Below, in pieces: positions 24,678 through 38,124 of a DNA stretch of 64,000 bases (the first letter of the stretch is position 1; each line of letters begins with the position of its first letter). A program made the position numbers and the translations under genes. Below the pieces are notes generated by a model. That model did no database searches. It was not told the DNA's origin and saw only the letters and a program-made list of their open reading frames with translations. The stretch is from contig OZ024741.1 in the NCBI GenBank assembly GCA_964016885.1, positions 336,598,001-336,662,000 on the forward strand, read 5' to 3'. Source of the DNA: Eledone cirrhosa (lineage: Eukaryota).

Positions 24678-26045
24678 ATCATCATCATCATCATCACCGT
24701 TTTACGTCCGTTCTTCCACGCTAGCATGGGTTAGACGGGTTGTCCTGTTGTGGGCAGTGTCTGGTCGGCTGACCATGCCTTGCTCATACAGGAACTGATC
24801 TGGCTTGATTTCTACAGCTGGATGCCCTTCCTAACACCAACCTCATTTACAGTGAGTGCTGGGTGCTTTTTCGTGGCGCCTACACGTCCACTTTACAGTG
24901 TGGGCTGGGTGCTTTTTTGCCGTGGCACCTCCACGACCACCTTGCGGTGGGGGGGGGGGGGGCATATTGTTTATATGCTTCAGCATGTACCCATGGGAGG
25001 TCGGGTACCCTGTATTACTGCGTGACGCCAGAAGTCACGGTCGTGTGTCATTGACTTTGAGAGGTGTAGTTGGGTAAGGTCGGCTTTTATCACCTCATCC
25101 CAAGTCATCTTGGGTCTCCCCACTCCGCGGTTTCCATCAACTTCTAGTGCTCTGCACCTTTTTATGCAGCTGTCATCCTTCATACGCATCACATGTCCAT
25201 ACCAGCGTAACCGCCTCTCCTGCACGCAGCATTTGATTCCTCTTATGCTCAGTCTCTCTCTCAATTCATTTATGCTTTGTCGTTCACGTATATTACTGTT
25301 ACACATCCATCGGAGCATGCAGGCTTCGTTTCTCTCTAATCTACGTAAGTCTTCCACCTTCAGCGCCCAGGTCTCACTACCATGCAACATCGCTGTTCGG
25401 ATACACGCATCATACAGTCTGCCTTTCATTCTGAGGGAGAAGCCTTTTGCAGCTAGCAGTGGTAGTAGTTCCCTAAACTTCTTCCATCCCGTTCTTACCC
25501 TAGTTATTGTACTTTCTGAGCACCCACCTCCGTTGCTAATTCGGTCACCTAGGTAGCAGAAGCTGTCTACTGTTTCTACAGGGCCCTCCCAGAGATTGGT
25601 GGTACTTGTTTCCTGTGGCTGTTTGCTTGCTGTTTCAGCACAGCTGCTGCATGTGAATCCTACATCCTTAATTAAGCTTCCTGAGATCCCGCTACATCTC
25701 TTGTGTACCCATTGTTTGCATTTGGGGCAAAGAATGGAGTTCCTACCTACACCTTTCCTACATACTGAGCAAGGCCATTTCCCTGAGGGGATCTGGGTTC
25801 TGTTTTCTCGTCTACTTATAAGGACCTTAGTCTTTGTCATGTTGACTTTGAGGCCCTTTCTCTCTAGTCCCTGCTTCCAGGTTTGGAATTTATTCTCTAG
25901 TTCTACCATAGATTCAGCTATGAGTGCGAGGTCATCAGCATACAGGAGTTCCCATGGGCATCCGGTCTTAAACTCCTCCGTTATTGCCTGCAGGACTATG
26001 ATGAACAGGAGAGGGCTAAGAACAGAGCCCTGGTGGACCCCAACA
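24678..26045 (-). mobile_element. 5'-truncated RTE LINE (second subfamily)
   Basis: [23 protein letters not shown]...[17 protein letters not shown]; (ATG)n tail. Confidence 0.88.
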
Positions 26046-26073
26046 TATATATATATATATATGTATGTATGTG

Positions 26074-26108
<35 letters not shown>

Positions 26109-26300
26109 GTAAGTATATATATATATATTTATATATACATATACATATATACATATATATATATGTATGTATATATATATATATACATTTATATATGTAT
26201 ATATATATATATACATATATACATATATATATGTATGTATATATAGCGGCGATGAATTAGTTTTGCGAGGTTTTTTATATGAAATCGTGTGTCGAAACAG

Positions 26301-26934
26301 ATATTGTTATATTTGGGGAGGGTCATATTTGCGTAATATTGCCAGAATTAATAACAGAACACACTCACTGTTTGGTTGGTTTTCGCTTCTCGCTGTCTTT
26401 TATATATATATATCTGCGATCTAACTTACTCGGTCCTCAATGTTGCCATTGACTGACCGGCGGTCAAAAATAATACAGATACAATATAGACACAAACACA
26501 TATATATAGTTTACATAATTTACATAAATCTTTCGTTGCACATCTGCAACATCGTCAGTGGTGTTATATTCCTTGTTCCTCCTGTTGTGTTGTATGTCTA
26601 CGCCATTTTTTTGTTCAGGACTGAACAAAAAAATGGCGTAGACATACAACACAACAGGAGGAACAATGAATATAACACCACTGACGATGTTGCAGATGTG
26701 CAACGAAAGATTTATGTAAATTATGTAAACTATATATATGTGTTTGTGTCTATATTGTATCTGTATTATTTTTGACCGCCGGTCAGTCAATGGCAACATT
26801 GAGGACCGAGTAAGTTAGATCGCAGATATATATATATAAAAGACAGCGAGAAGCGAAAACCAACCAAACAGTGAGTGTGTTCTGTTATTAATTCTGGCAA
26901 TATTACGCAAATATGACCCTCCCCAAATATAACA

Positions 26935-26938
<4 letters not shown>
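26301..26938. repeat. ~640-bp near-perfect palindrome in (TA)n
   Basis: Coordinate sum 53239, centre TTGTTCAGGACTGAACAA. The ORF track shows mirror ORFs 26440-26775(+) and 26464-26799(-). Confidence 0.9.
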
Positions 26939-27005
<67 letters not shown>

Positions 27006-27035
27006 CATATATACATATATATATATGTATATATG

Positions 27036-27069
<34 letters not shown>

Positions 27070-27191
27070 GGAGGTGAGTTTTATTGTAGCACAATAAAGC
27101 AATGCAAATATCGGATAAGTAGCACTCTGCAGTTTGTAGGACTGGAGTATGAATAAATATAAGATCAAAAGATGGTTAAAAGAGTTCCAAG

Positions 27192-27262
27192 TATTTTATT
27201 ATGCGTATTTCAAAAATAAATATCATCATGGGATGATATCTGCGTTCTCATCAGATAAAATA
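27192..27262 (-). ncRNA. Type-I hammerhead ribozyme at PLE-2 3' end
   Basis: TATTTTAT CTGATGA gaac GCAGATATCATC ccat GATGATATTTAT tttt GAAA TACGCA TA ATAAAATA. Perfect 8-bp stem I. Confidence 0.8.
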
Positions 27263-28432
27263 GGGAGACATGATATGAAGCTTAAAAAACACTTGTGAGC
27301 AGTGAAGTTTTAAATCAACATAGGAAAAATAAACTAAGATGGATAAATGAGATTGAGGAAAATATAGGGAGGGGGGTAGGAAAAGGTAAAGAAGAGGAAG
27401 AAAGAAAAATAAAGTTGGTGGGGGACGAGTATAAGAAAGAAGAATGATAGAGGAGGAGAAATGAGTGATAGAGATAGAGAAATAACCTTTACAACTGAGA
27501 AAACATTGTCTCACAGAGAGAAATTAAAAAACCGTTGGAAGATAATAGATAATTTAAAAGATTTTGAAATTAAAAGTTAATGAGGTTTATGCATGAAGAA
27601 AAAAGAATTAAGAATAGTATTAAATTAAGGTTTGTATATTCAAGGGTCTAATAATATGTGCGAAAAAGAATTTATTAATATGTATCTTTAAAATAAAAAT
27701 ATTAATGATATTAAGGATATAATGTGAAAGAAGGAGAAGAATAAATGAATTATGAACTTAGGAATTAGTTAGGGTTTAAGTTTGTTTTTGTGCATTGTAA
27801 TATGTAAACGTAAATAGTAGGTTTAAAAGTAGCACGGAAGGAGAGAAGAAAAAAGAAAGTTTAAAGAAGAAAAATATCTAACGTCAAAAAGTATACATGT
27901 TTACGAAAATTTTCTAAAAGTAATATTATAATATATTAAAAAAGGAATTAGTTAGGGTTTAAGTTTGATTTTATGTATTGTAATATGTAAAAGTAAAAGT
28001 AAATAGTAGGTTTAAAACGAGCACGGAAGGAGAGAAGAAAAAGAAAAATTTAAGGAAGAAAAAATATCTAACGTTAAAAAGTATATATGTTTACGAAAAT
28101 CTTCTAATGGTAATATTATAATATATTTTTTAAAATATAGTTTTAATGGCCAATAATATGAGGAAAAATGGAAAATGCTGTAGTGAGTAATAATATGAAT
28201 TGAGAAGTAATTGGAATGAAAAAGTATAAATTAGAGATTAGAAATTAAAAAAGAAAAAAGGAAGAAAGGAAAATGATAAAGAAGAAAGATAGGGGATCAT
28301 AACAACATAGAATGAGTAAATTGTATTATATAATATATAATACTGAAATAAGGTAGAAAGATGGGTATATTTGTAAAAGATATAAAAGCCTTTGAGAAAG
28401 AGAAGATTTTAAACTAATTAGGTATTGAGATA

Positions 28433-30790
28433 TTAGCTGTATACTTTATGGAATGTTCTATGGGATTTATGCAAGCAGTGCGAAAATAAATCCGTGCGTC
28501 TATTTATTATAGAATTGAAATTAGATATAATGGTAAATTTCTCGGCTAGGCAGAGATTACATGTTCTGGATAGGGAAGAATTCAGGTAAGGAAAGGCGGT
28601 GCAAACCGTCCTCCAAGAGATGTCATAGTTAATATTTTTGTCTTTTAAGGACCATATGAGTTCCGAGAGTGCCGTGTTAGTTCTTTTAAGCTGGTATTTA
28701 AAAGACGATTTGTGATTATAAAATCTAGCTTTAAAGGAAGTAGAAGTGGAACCGAAATAGGTAAAAGAATTAGTATCAGTTATAACCTTACATTCATACA
28801 CTAAGTTTTTATCAAGACATTTGTTATTAAGAGGACATTTAGTTCTAACAGGGCAATTACAATTACGATTAGAGAAATTAACAGAGTTATTAACAAGTGA
28901 CCTAGTATTATTTATAGAAGGAATTGGATTGGAGAAGTTATTTACGATAGGAACTATAGTTTCCTGATTTAGATTGGTATTGTGAACATTCAACGAAGTT
29001 ACGTTTGACGTCGTATTTAAATTTACAGAATCTAGCCTAGAGTTAACAATGACGTCGGGTTTACTGTTGTAATTATTATGACGCTCAGTGTTGGAAGGAT
29101 GTAATTTATTATTTAATATTTTATTGTTGTGTTTAGAGATAATGTTAGAGATGTTGGAAGTGGTGGAATAAGAAAATGTGATTGTATGTTTGTTAAAGGT
29201 TTTACTATAGATATGTGAGGGAGGGAAGCATTTATCTAAAGCCCTTAAGAATAGTTCAGGAATATTATTATTAATAGTAAGAGAAAAAGGAGCATTATAC
29301 CAAATTATATTTTTGTATCTAGGTCTTTTATTTAAGTTATTGGAATGTTCATAATTAACTATTTTACTATAGGACCTTCGATGATTGGTTTCCTTACTGT
29401 ATTTAATTTTATCAGGATAACCGGCTTTGTAAAGCGCATTATTATAGTAATTGGCATTAGCGTCGAAGATATCTTTATTAGAGGATAGATTTGAGATTCT
29501 TTTTTCAATATTACTGACTATAGCATTTTTAACGTTAGTGGGATGGTTAGATTTAAAATTAACATAATTTAGATTCTCATTGTTTTTATGGTAAGGGTAA
29601 TATAGGCCAGTATCAAGATTAAGGGATATATCCAAGAAGTTAGCTAGTTTGACGTTGTTATCAAATTTAATTTTAAGGTTATGGTGCTTAAATAGATCAC
29701 GTATATTGTTCTTAATAATATTAAGGTTTACTAAGTTACAGTTTAAGACAGTAAAAAGGCCATCGTCGCGATAAATTCCACCGCGAAGTTGATCAATTTT
29801 CCGATTTAAAGAATTCAAAATAAAGATACCAATCAAATCACTCAATTGCGATGAATCGGAAGCACCCATTGTGATATCAAAATTGTTGGAAGTATCAGCC
29901 CTAGTCCAATATTCATTGTTGAATTCCAATTTAGTTTTACTTGCGGTGAGAATGATGTAAAGTTCATCTGTGGTAATGTCAGAATATTTAAATGCGAAAG
30001 ATAGAGCGTTGTTGAGGAGTGAAGGCGAAATAGAAGAATAGTAGCTGGCAATATCAAATTGAATACATTTTTGTTTGTTTTCTTATTCAGATTATTGAAC
30101 CAGCCAATTACTTCAGATGTACCAATCCATAAATTTAAGTTAGAAATAGAGCAATTAGAACGAACCTGTGGGATAATTCTATTCAAGATGGCTTTATTAA
30201 CAACCCCCAGATCTGATTTAGAGGGGGCGATTAGTCTAACAGGCAGTTCCGTTCGAAAGTTACTTTTATGATCCTTGAGATTTATCCTCGGAGTTCTTGG
30301 GAAGAATGGTTCGGTCTTTTTCTCAATGCCAAGTTTAGACATAATCTAAGAAGCTTCCAAGTTTATAGATTCCAAATTGTCATGGTTAGTTTTACGATAA
30401 TTTTTCCTTAGTTCCTTAAGGATAAGGTTATTATACTGATCTTTAGATACGCCATATAAATTATTAGTTTTGTCGGAGTGGACTAAGACATTTTTAGAGG
30501 AATTAAGGTTTAAAATCGTATTCCTGAGATTTATAAGGTGCTGTCCTCTATAAGGGTTTCTCTTGAATTTAAGACTTCTTATAATTGTTTCTACTTTTAG
30601 CACAAGGCCAGCAATTACCCAGTTTATTACTGGTACTTTATTTTATCGACCCCGTAAGGATGAAAGGCAATAAGACTTCTTATAATATTAGTTAATTCTT
30701 CCTCAAACTGCACTAGATTTTTGTTGGAAGGAGAATTTCTTCTAGAGTTGAATAAATGATCAAAATAGTTATGTTCCTTACCGGAAATCT
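28433..30790 (-). pseudogene. PLE-2 RT + GIY-YIG pseudogene
   Basis: HSDKTNNLY, IQFDIASYYSSI, GGIYRDDGL, FLDISL, WYNAPF, CNCPVRTKCPL, LVYEC..YFGST..FKARF..HK.SF, CNLCLAE. TAG at 30346-30348, frameshift in an A-run near 30070, SINE insertion. Confidence 0.88.
30586..30670 (-). mobile_element. Truncated SINE family A inserted in the PLE-2 ORF with 16-bp TSD
   Basis: TAAGACTTCTTATAAT at 30570-30585 and 30671-30686. Confidence 0.88.
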
Positions 30791-31553
30791 TCCCTATCCC
30801 GAACATGTAATCTCTGCCTAGCCGAGAAATTTACCATTATATCTAATTTCAATTCTATAATAAATAGACGCATGGATTAATTTTCGCTCTGCTTGCATAA
30901 ATCCCATAGAACATTCCATATAGTATACAGCTAATATCTCAATACCTAATTAGTTTAAAATCTTTTTCTCAAAGGCTTTTATATCTTTTACAAATATACC
31001 CATCTTTCTACCTTATTTCAGTATTATATATTATATAATACAATTTACTCATTCTATGTCGTTATGATCCCCTATCTTTCTCCTTTATCATTTTCCTTTC
31101 TTCCTTTTTTCTTTTTTAATTTCTAATCTCCAATTTATACTTTTTCTTCCCAATTACTTCTCAATTCATATTATTACTCACTACAGCATTTTCCATTTTT
31201 CCTCATATTATTGGCCATTAAAACTATATTTTTAAAAATATATTATAATATTACCATTAGAAGATTTTCGTAAATATATACTTTTTAACGTTAGATATAT
31301 TTTCTTCCTTAAATTTTTCTTTTTCTTCTCTCCTTCCGTGCTCGTTTTAAACCTACTATTTACTTTTACTTTTACATATTACAATACATAAAATCAAACT
31401 TAAACCCTACCTAATTCCTTTTTAAATATATTATAATATTACCATTAGAAAATTTTCGTAAACATATATACTTTTTGACGTTAGATTTTTTCACATGTTG
31501 ATTTAAAACTTCAATGTTCACACGTGTTTTTTAAGCTTCATATCACGTCTCCC

Positions 31554-31624
31554 TATTTTCTCCGATGAGAACGCAGATATCATCCCATGATGATATTTGT
31601 TTTTGAAATACGCATAATAAAATA
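31554..31624 (+). ncRNA. Mutated hammerhead in the inverted PLE-2 copy
   Basis: TATTTTCT CCGATGA ... GAAA TACGCA TA ATAAAATA, with a U4C core change. Confidence 0.55.
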
Positions 31625-31650
31625 CTTGGAACTCTTTTAACCATCTTTTG

Positions 31651-31727
<77 letters not shown>

Positions 31728-31814
31728 TTGTATGTATATATGTATGTATATATATATATGTATGTATATATATATATATATATATAACTGTTCAATCATC
31801 TGACAGGAAGGTAT

Positions 31815-31857
31815 ACGATGCTGTCCATAGCTAATAAGCTTGAAACTAGTTCATCGT
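31815..31857 (+). ncRNA. Hammerhead-shaped motif with divergent core
   Basis: ACGATG CTGTCCA t AGCT aata AGCT t GAAA CTAG TT CATCGT. All stems are perfect, but the core is CUGUCCA. Confidence 0.4.
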
Positions 31858-32123
31858 TCCTTTGTCGCTGTTGAACACAAGGGCGACGATGGTTGCCGAA
31901 CACTGTACGGTTTAATATCGGTCTGTTTGTTTACAAATAAACCGAACAATATAATAAATGTTCGGTAAACCCATACGTACATATATATATGTGTGCATGT
32001 ATGCATGCATACTACTGCACGTCTGTATACATATATGTATGTACGTATACGTACTTATATTTAAGTATCAGCCGTACTAAGAGTGAGAAATGAAATTTCA
32101 TTTTATTCTTTTCCATCTCTATG

Positions 32124-32177
<54 letters not shown>

Positions 32178-32194
32178 AATGAAGTAATTCCGTC

Positions 32195-32410
32195 GGAAAA
32201 GTCCAGGAAAAAAGAGTGCTCTATGTAGGAAACAAAACTTATGTGCTCTATGCAGGAAAAGTCCAGGAAAAAAGAGTGCTCTATGTAGGTAACAAAGCTT
32301 AATAGTTATGTAATAAACAACATAAGGCAATTATTCCATTTACAATTTTTTGCTTTTAAGAAACCACTGGTAAATGGAATAATTGCCTTATGTTGTTTAT
32401 TACATAACTA
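32195..32410. repeat. Short tandem duplication (GGAAAAGTCCAGGAAAAAAGAGTGCTCTATGTAGG x2) followed by palindrome 32303-32410
   Basis: Direct inspection. Confidence 0.7.
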
Positions 32411-32550
32411 TATATATATATATATTATTATTACACAAATATGACCCTCCCCAAGTATAACAATATGTATATATAGTATATATATATGTATATATATATA
32501 TATATGTATATATATGTATATGTGTATATATATATATATATGTATATATT

Positions 32551-32593
<43 letters not shown>

Positions 32594-32761
32594 GTATATA
32601 TATATATGTATATGTGTATATATATGTATATATATCTATATCTATATGTGTATATATATATGTATATATATATATGTACATATATATATAAAAACACATA
32701 TAGATATATATATACACATATAGATATATATATATACATATATATATATATTCACATATAC

Positions 32762-33782
32762 AATAGATGTAGCAGAATCTCAGGAAGCTTAATTAAGAAT
32801 GTAGGCTTCACATGTAGCAGCTGTGCTGGGACAGCAAGCAGCAAACAGCCACAGGAAACAATGGGTACCACCAATCTTGGGGAGGGCTCTGTAGGATCAG
32901 TAGACAGATTCTGCTACCTAGGTGACCGAATTAGCAGCGGAGATGGGTGTTCAGAAAGTATAATAACTAGGGTAAGAACGGGATGTAAGAAGTGCAGGGA
33001 ACTACTGCCACTGTTAACTGCAAAAGGCTTCTCCCTCAAAATGAAAGGCAGACTGTATGATGCGTGTATCCGAACATCAATGTTATATGGTAGTGAGACC
33101 TGAGCGCTGAAGATGGAAAACTTACATAGATTAGAAAGAAACGAAGCCTGAATGCTTCGATGGATGTGTAACAGTAATATACGCGAACGGCAAAGCATAA
33201 ATGAATTGAGAGAGAGACTGAGCATAAGAGGAATCAAATGCTTTGTGCAGGAGAGGCGGTTGCGTTGGTATGGACATGTGATGCGTATGAAGGATGACAG
33301 CTGCATAAAAAGGTGCAGAGCACTAGAAGTCAATGGAAACCGCGGAGTGGGGAGACACAAGAAGACCTGGGATGAGGTGATAAAAGCCGACATTACACAA
33401 TTATACCTCTCAAAGGTAATGACAACCGACCATGACCTCTGGCATCATGCAGTAATACAGAGTACCCCTCCCCATAGGTAGCGGCTGAAGCATATAGACA
33501 ATATGCCCCACACCCTCCCACTGCAAGGTGGTCGTGGAGGTGCCACTGTAAAAAAGCACCCAGCCCACACTGTTAAGTGGACGTGTAGGGGCCACTGAAA
33601 AAAGCACCCAGCACTCACTGTAAACGAGGTTGGTGTTAGGAAGGGCATCCAGCTGTAGAAATCAAGCCAAAATCATTTCCTGTATGAGCAAGACAAGGTC
33701 AGCCGACCAGACACTGCCCACAACAGGACAACCCATGCTAGCATGGAAGAAAGGACGTAAAACGGTGTTGATGATGATGATG
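32762..33782 (+). mobile_element. RTE LINE 3' fragment (second subfamily), with stops
   Basis: RCSRISGSL...FCYLGD...[11 protein letters not shown]; 3' UTR and (ATG)n tail. Confidence 0.85.
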
Positions 33783-33876
33783 CATATATATATATCATCA
33801 TCATCATCATCATCAGCGTTTAACGTCCGTGTTCCACGCTTGCATGGGTTTGGATATACATATATATTTATATATG

Positions 33877-33907
<31 letters not shown>

Positions 33908-33924
33908 GTGTATATATATATGTA

Positions 33925-34272
33925 TATCATCATCATCATCATCATTTCATTTTACGTCCGCTTTTTCCCTGATTGCAAGGGTGGGACGGGAACTGATTCT
34001 GGCTTGGTTTCTACAGCTGGATGCCCTTCCTAACACCAACCTCATTTACAGTGAGTGCTGGGTGCTTTTTTGCCGTGGCACCTCCACGACCACTTTGCAG
34101 TGGAATGATATAGACCCCAGCCCCTATCATCTCATTTCTACAGCTGAGTAAACTGGAGCAATGTGAAATAAAGTGTCTTGCTCAAGGAAACAACACATCA
34201 CCTGGTCTGAGATTTGAACTCACAACCTTTCGATTGCAAGGCCAATGCTCTAACCACTAAGCCATGTGCCTC
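33925..34272 (-). mobile_element. Full-length tRNA-derived SINE family B (tRNA head, V-domain-like core, RTE-related body and tail)
   Basis: Head GAGGCACATGGCTTAGTGGTTAGAGC...GAGTTCAAATCTC (A/B boxes); core TGTTTCCTTGAGCAAGACACT; tail nearly identical to the end of the 52313-54460 RTE. Confidence 0.8.
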
Positions 34273-34366
34273 CATATATATACATATATATACATATATG
34301 TATATATATATGTATATATATATATGTACATATATACATATATATATATATATACATATATATATC

Positions 34367-35215
34367 TAAGGGTTTCTCTCTAAAAAGGAAAGGCAGACTC
34401 TATGATGCCTGCATACGAACACCAATGTTACATGGCAGTGAGACATGGGCATTGTGTGCAGAGGATCTGTGCAGACTGGAGAGGAATGAAGCTTGCATGC
34501 TCCGTTGGATGTGTAATAGTAATATACGTGAATGGCAAAGCATAAATGAACTAAGTGAGAAATTAAGAATAAGAAGGATCAGATGCTGTTTACTCGAGAG
34601 AAGACTATGTTGTTATGGTCACGTGATGGGCATGAAAGACGACAGCTGTATAAAAAAGTGCAGGCGATCAAAATACATGGTAGCTACAGAGTAGGCAGAC
34701 CCAGAAAACCTGGGACAATTTGATAAATTCCAACCTTACACACTTACACCTCTCCAAGACAATGTCACTGGACCGAGATCTTTGGAGCTACGCAGTAATA
34801 CAGAAGACCCGCCTTGCCTAAGTACAAAGAGAAACCTACGGTCAGTAGGCACCTCTTAACCAAAAATACACCCCCACCCCACTACCCCAACCCCCACCCC
34901 CATCTACATCACCCCTTTCGCTGTAATGTTATGTTGGTACCACATCCAGTCCTAAATAAATGAGGGCATGTAGGTGTAACGACAAAAAAAACATAAAATC
35001 CACGCTGTAAATTGGCTGTGTAGGTAACACGGTAAAAACCTCCCAGTCCACACTGTAAATGTGGTTGGTGTTAGGAAGGGCATCAAGCCGTAGAAAACCT
35101 CCCAGACAGTCCTATACGAGCAAGAGAATCAATCTTGCTTCAAGTGGAACAATTCCCGTCTAAACCCATGCTAGCGTGGAAGATAGACGTTAAACGATGA
35201 TGATGATGATGATGA
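34367..35215 (+). mobile_element. Diverged RTE LINE 3' fragment
   Basis: [25 protein letters not shown]; 3' UTR; (ATG)n tail. Confidence 0.82.
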
Positions 35216-35259
35216 TATATATATGTACATATATATATACATATATATATATGTATATA

Positions 35260-35299
<40 letters not shown>

Positions 35300-35321
35300 T
35301 ATATATATGTAAATATATATG

Positions 35322-35368
<47 letters not shown>

Positions 35369-35475
35369 GTATATATATATACATATATATATATGTATAT
35401 ATATATACATATATATATATATGTGTATATATATATATATATGTATATATATATGTATATATATATATATATATA

Positions 35476-36552
35476 TAGAACATAGATTTTACATGTGGCC
35501 GGTGTTCTGGGGCAATAAGTAGCAGCAAGTGCCCACAAAATACTAGCTCTTTCAACTGCGCAGAGGGTTCTATAGAAATAGTGGACAGCTTCCGTTACCT
35601 AGGTGACAAAATCAGCAGTCGGGGAGGGTGCTCTGAAAGTACAGTAGCTAGAGTCAGAACTGGGTGGAAAAAGTTCAGAGAGCTTATACCACTATTAGCC
35701 GCTAAAAGGTTCTCCCTAAAAATGAAAGGCAGGTTGTACGATGCCTGCATACGAACAGCAATGTTGCATGGCAGTGAGACCTGTGCATTGTGTGCAGAGG
35801 ATATACGCAGACTAGAGAGAAACGAAGCTTGCATGCTCCGCTGGATGTGTAATAGTAATATACGTGAACGACAAAGCATAAACGAACTAAGGAAAAAATT
35901 AGAAATAAGAGGGATCAGATGTTGTTTACTCGAGAGAAGGCTACGTTGGTATGGTCACGTGATGCGCATGAAGGACGATAGCTGTATAACAAAGTGCAGG
36001 GCAATAAAGATAGACGGTAGCCACGGAATAGGCAGACCCAGAAAAACCTGGGACGAGCTGATAAACTCTGACCTCACACACTTACACCTCACCAAGACAA
36101 TGTCACTGGACCGAGACCTTTGGCGGTACTCAGTAATAGAGAAGACCCGCCTTACCTAAATACAAAGTAAAACCTACTACAGTCAGTAGGCATCTCTAAC
36201 AAAATACACCCCCATCCCACCACCCCCACCCCATCCACACCGCCTCCTTCTATGTAAAGTTATGTTGGTGCCACACCATCCAGGCCGAAACAAATGAGAT
36301 CGTGTAGGTGTCACGACAAAAAAACACACAGTCCACGCTGTAATGTGGCCGTGTAGGCAACACGGTAAAAACCTCCCAGACCCACACTGTAAATGTGGTT
36401 GGTGTTAGGAAGGGCATCCAACTGTAGAAAACCTGCCAGACAGTCCTACACGAGCAAGACAATCACTCTTGCCTCAAGTGGGAAAACCCCCGTCCAAACC
36501 CATGCAAGCGTGGAACACGGACGTTAAACGTTGATGATGATGATGATGATAA

Positions 36553-36555
<3 letters not shown>
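35476..36555 (+). mobile_element. RTE LINE 3' fragment (same subfamily as 20946-23243)
   Basis: ORF 35581-36159 is nearly identical to the C-terminus of 21339-22331. Confidence 0.88.
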
Positions 36556-36642
<87 letters not shown>

Positions 36643-36643
36643 G

Positions 36644-36682
<39 letters not shown>

Positions 36683-36705
36683 ATATATATATATGTATGT
36701 ATAAA

Positions 36706-36763
<58 letters not shown>

Positions 36764-36887
36764 AATATATGTATGTATATATATATATATATGTATGTAT
36801 ATATATATATATATATTTGTGTATATATATATGTATGTATTTATATATATATGTATATATATGTATATATATATATATATATATATA

Positions 36888-37473
<586 letters not shown>

Positions 37474-37474
37474 A

Positions 37475-37522
<48 letters not shown>

Positions 37523-38124
37523 CGTGTATGTATATATATATACACTTCATTAGTAAATTGGTTGCCATATTTACCATATTACTTATCTTATTCTCAGTAA
37601 TGGCATTATAGAAGTTGCATTAATGCATATCTTTGCTAGTGCAGCACCAGATAACAATAAATTTAATTAACAATAGCAATTTCTCAAGAATAAGTTAATT
37701 TAACTTATCCATTGAATGCCTAATCGAGAAGTGGTTGGGCTGAAGGTGGAGATAGATGTTGGGGGAGGGGGCATAAATATCAACTTCACATTTAGATTAT
37801 ACACAGAGATGGAGCATGATGACTTTACTATATCATGCATGTGTTTCTTAATGAAAATTATCATTGGTCATTTTTTTTGTTTGTTTGTTTTGATTTGCTT
37901 TTGTTATTATTCAACATGCTGACGCATATGTGTGCATGTATGTATGTGCATATGCATACATTTATAGGTATGAGTATATAAATATAAATGTGCAAACACA
38001 GACACACAAAAATACACACTCACATACATAAATTCACACAACCACACACAGACATTGTGTAATGAATAGAAGTTGCTCAAATGTATATATAGATTATTAT
38101 TGAGCAAAAATTAACCAGGATAAT

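Larger units (their letters stand above)
27065..31655 (-). mobile_element. PLE-2: 5'-truncated, disrupted PLE on minus strand with head-to-head inverted 3' copy (30801-31655)
   Basis: ORF pieces 30346-30790, 29842-30342 and 28433-29929. Region 30801-31655 is the reverse complement of ~27163-28566 with an internal deletion. Confidence 0.88.

Noticed and set aside
26440-26799. Pair of 111-aa ORFs on opposite strands
   Set aside because: A by-product of the palindrome, with no recognisable domain.
28433-30790. Selenocysteine recoding as reported for some Naiad PLEs
   Set aside because: The interrupting stops I checked in PLE fragments are TAG (30346, 4102) or frameshifts. Conserved Cys codons in PLE-1, -2 and -3 are ordinary Cys.
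34200-34272. tRNA gene
   Set aside because: A/B boxes are present but it is fused to a SINE body and the cloverleaf is incomplete; it is a SINE head.
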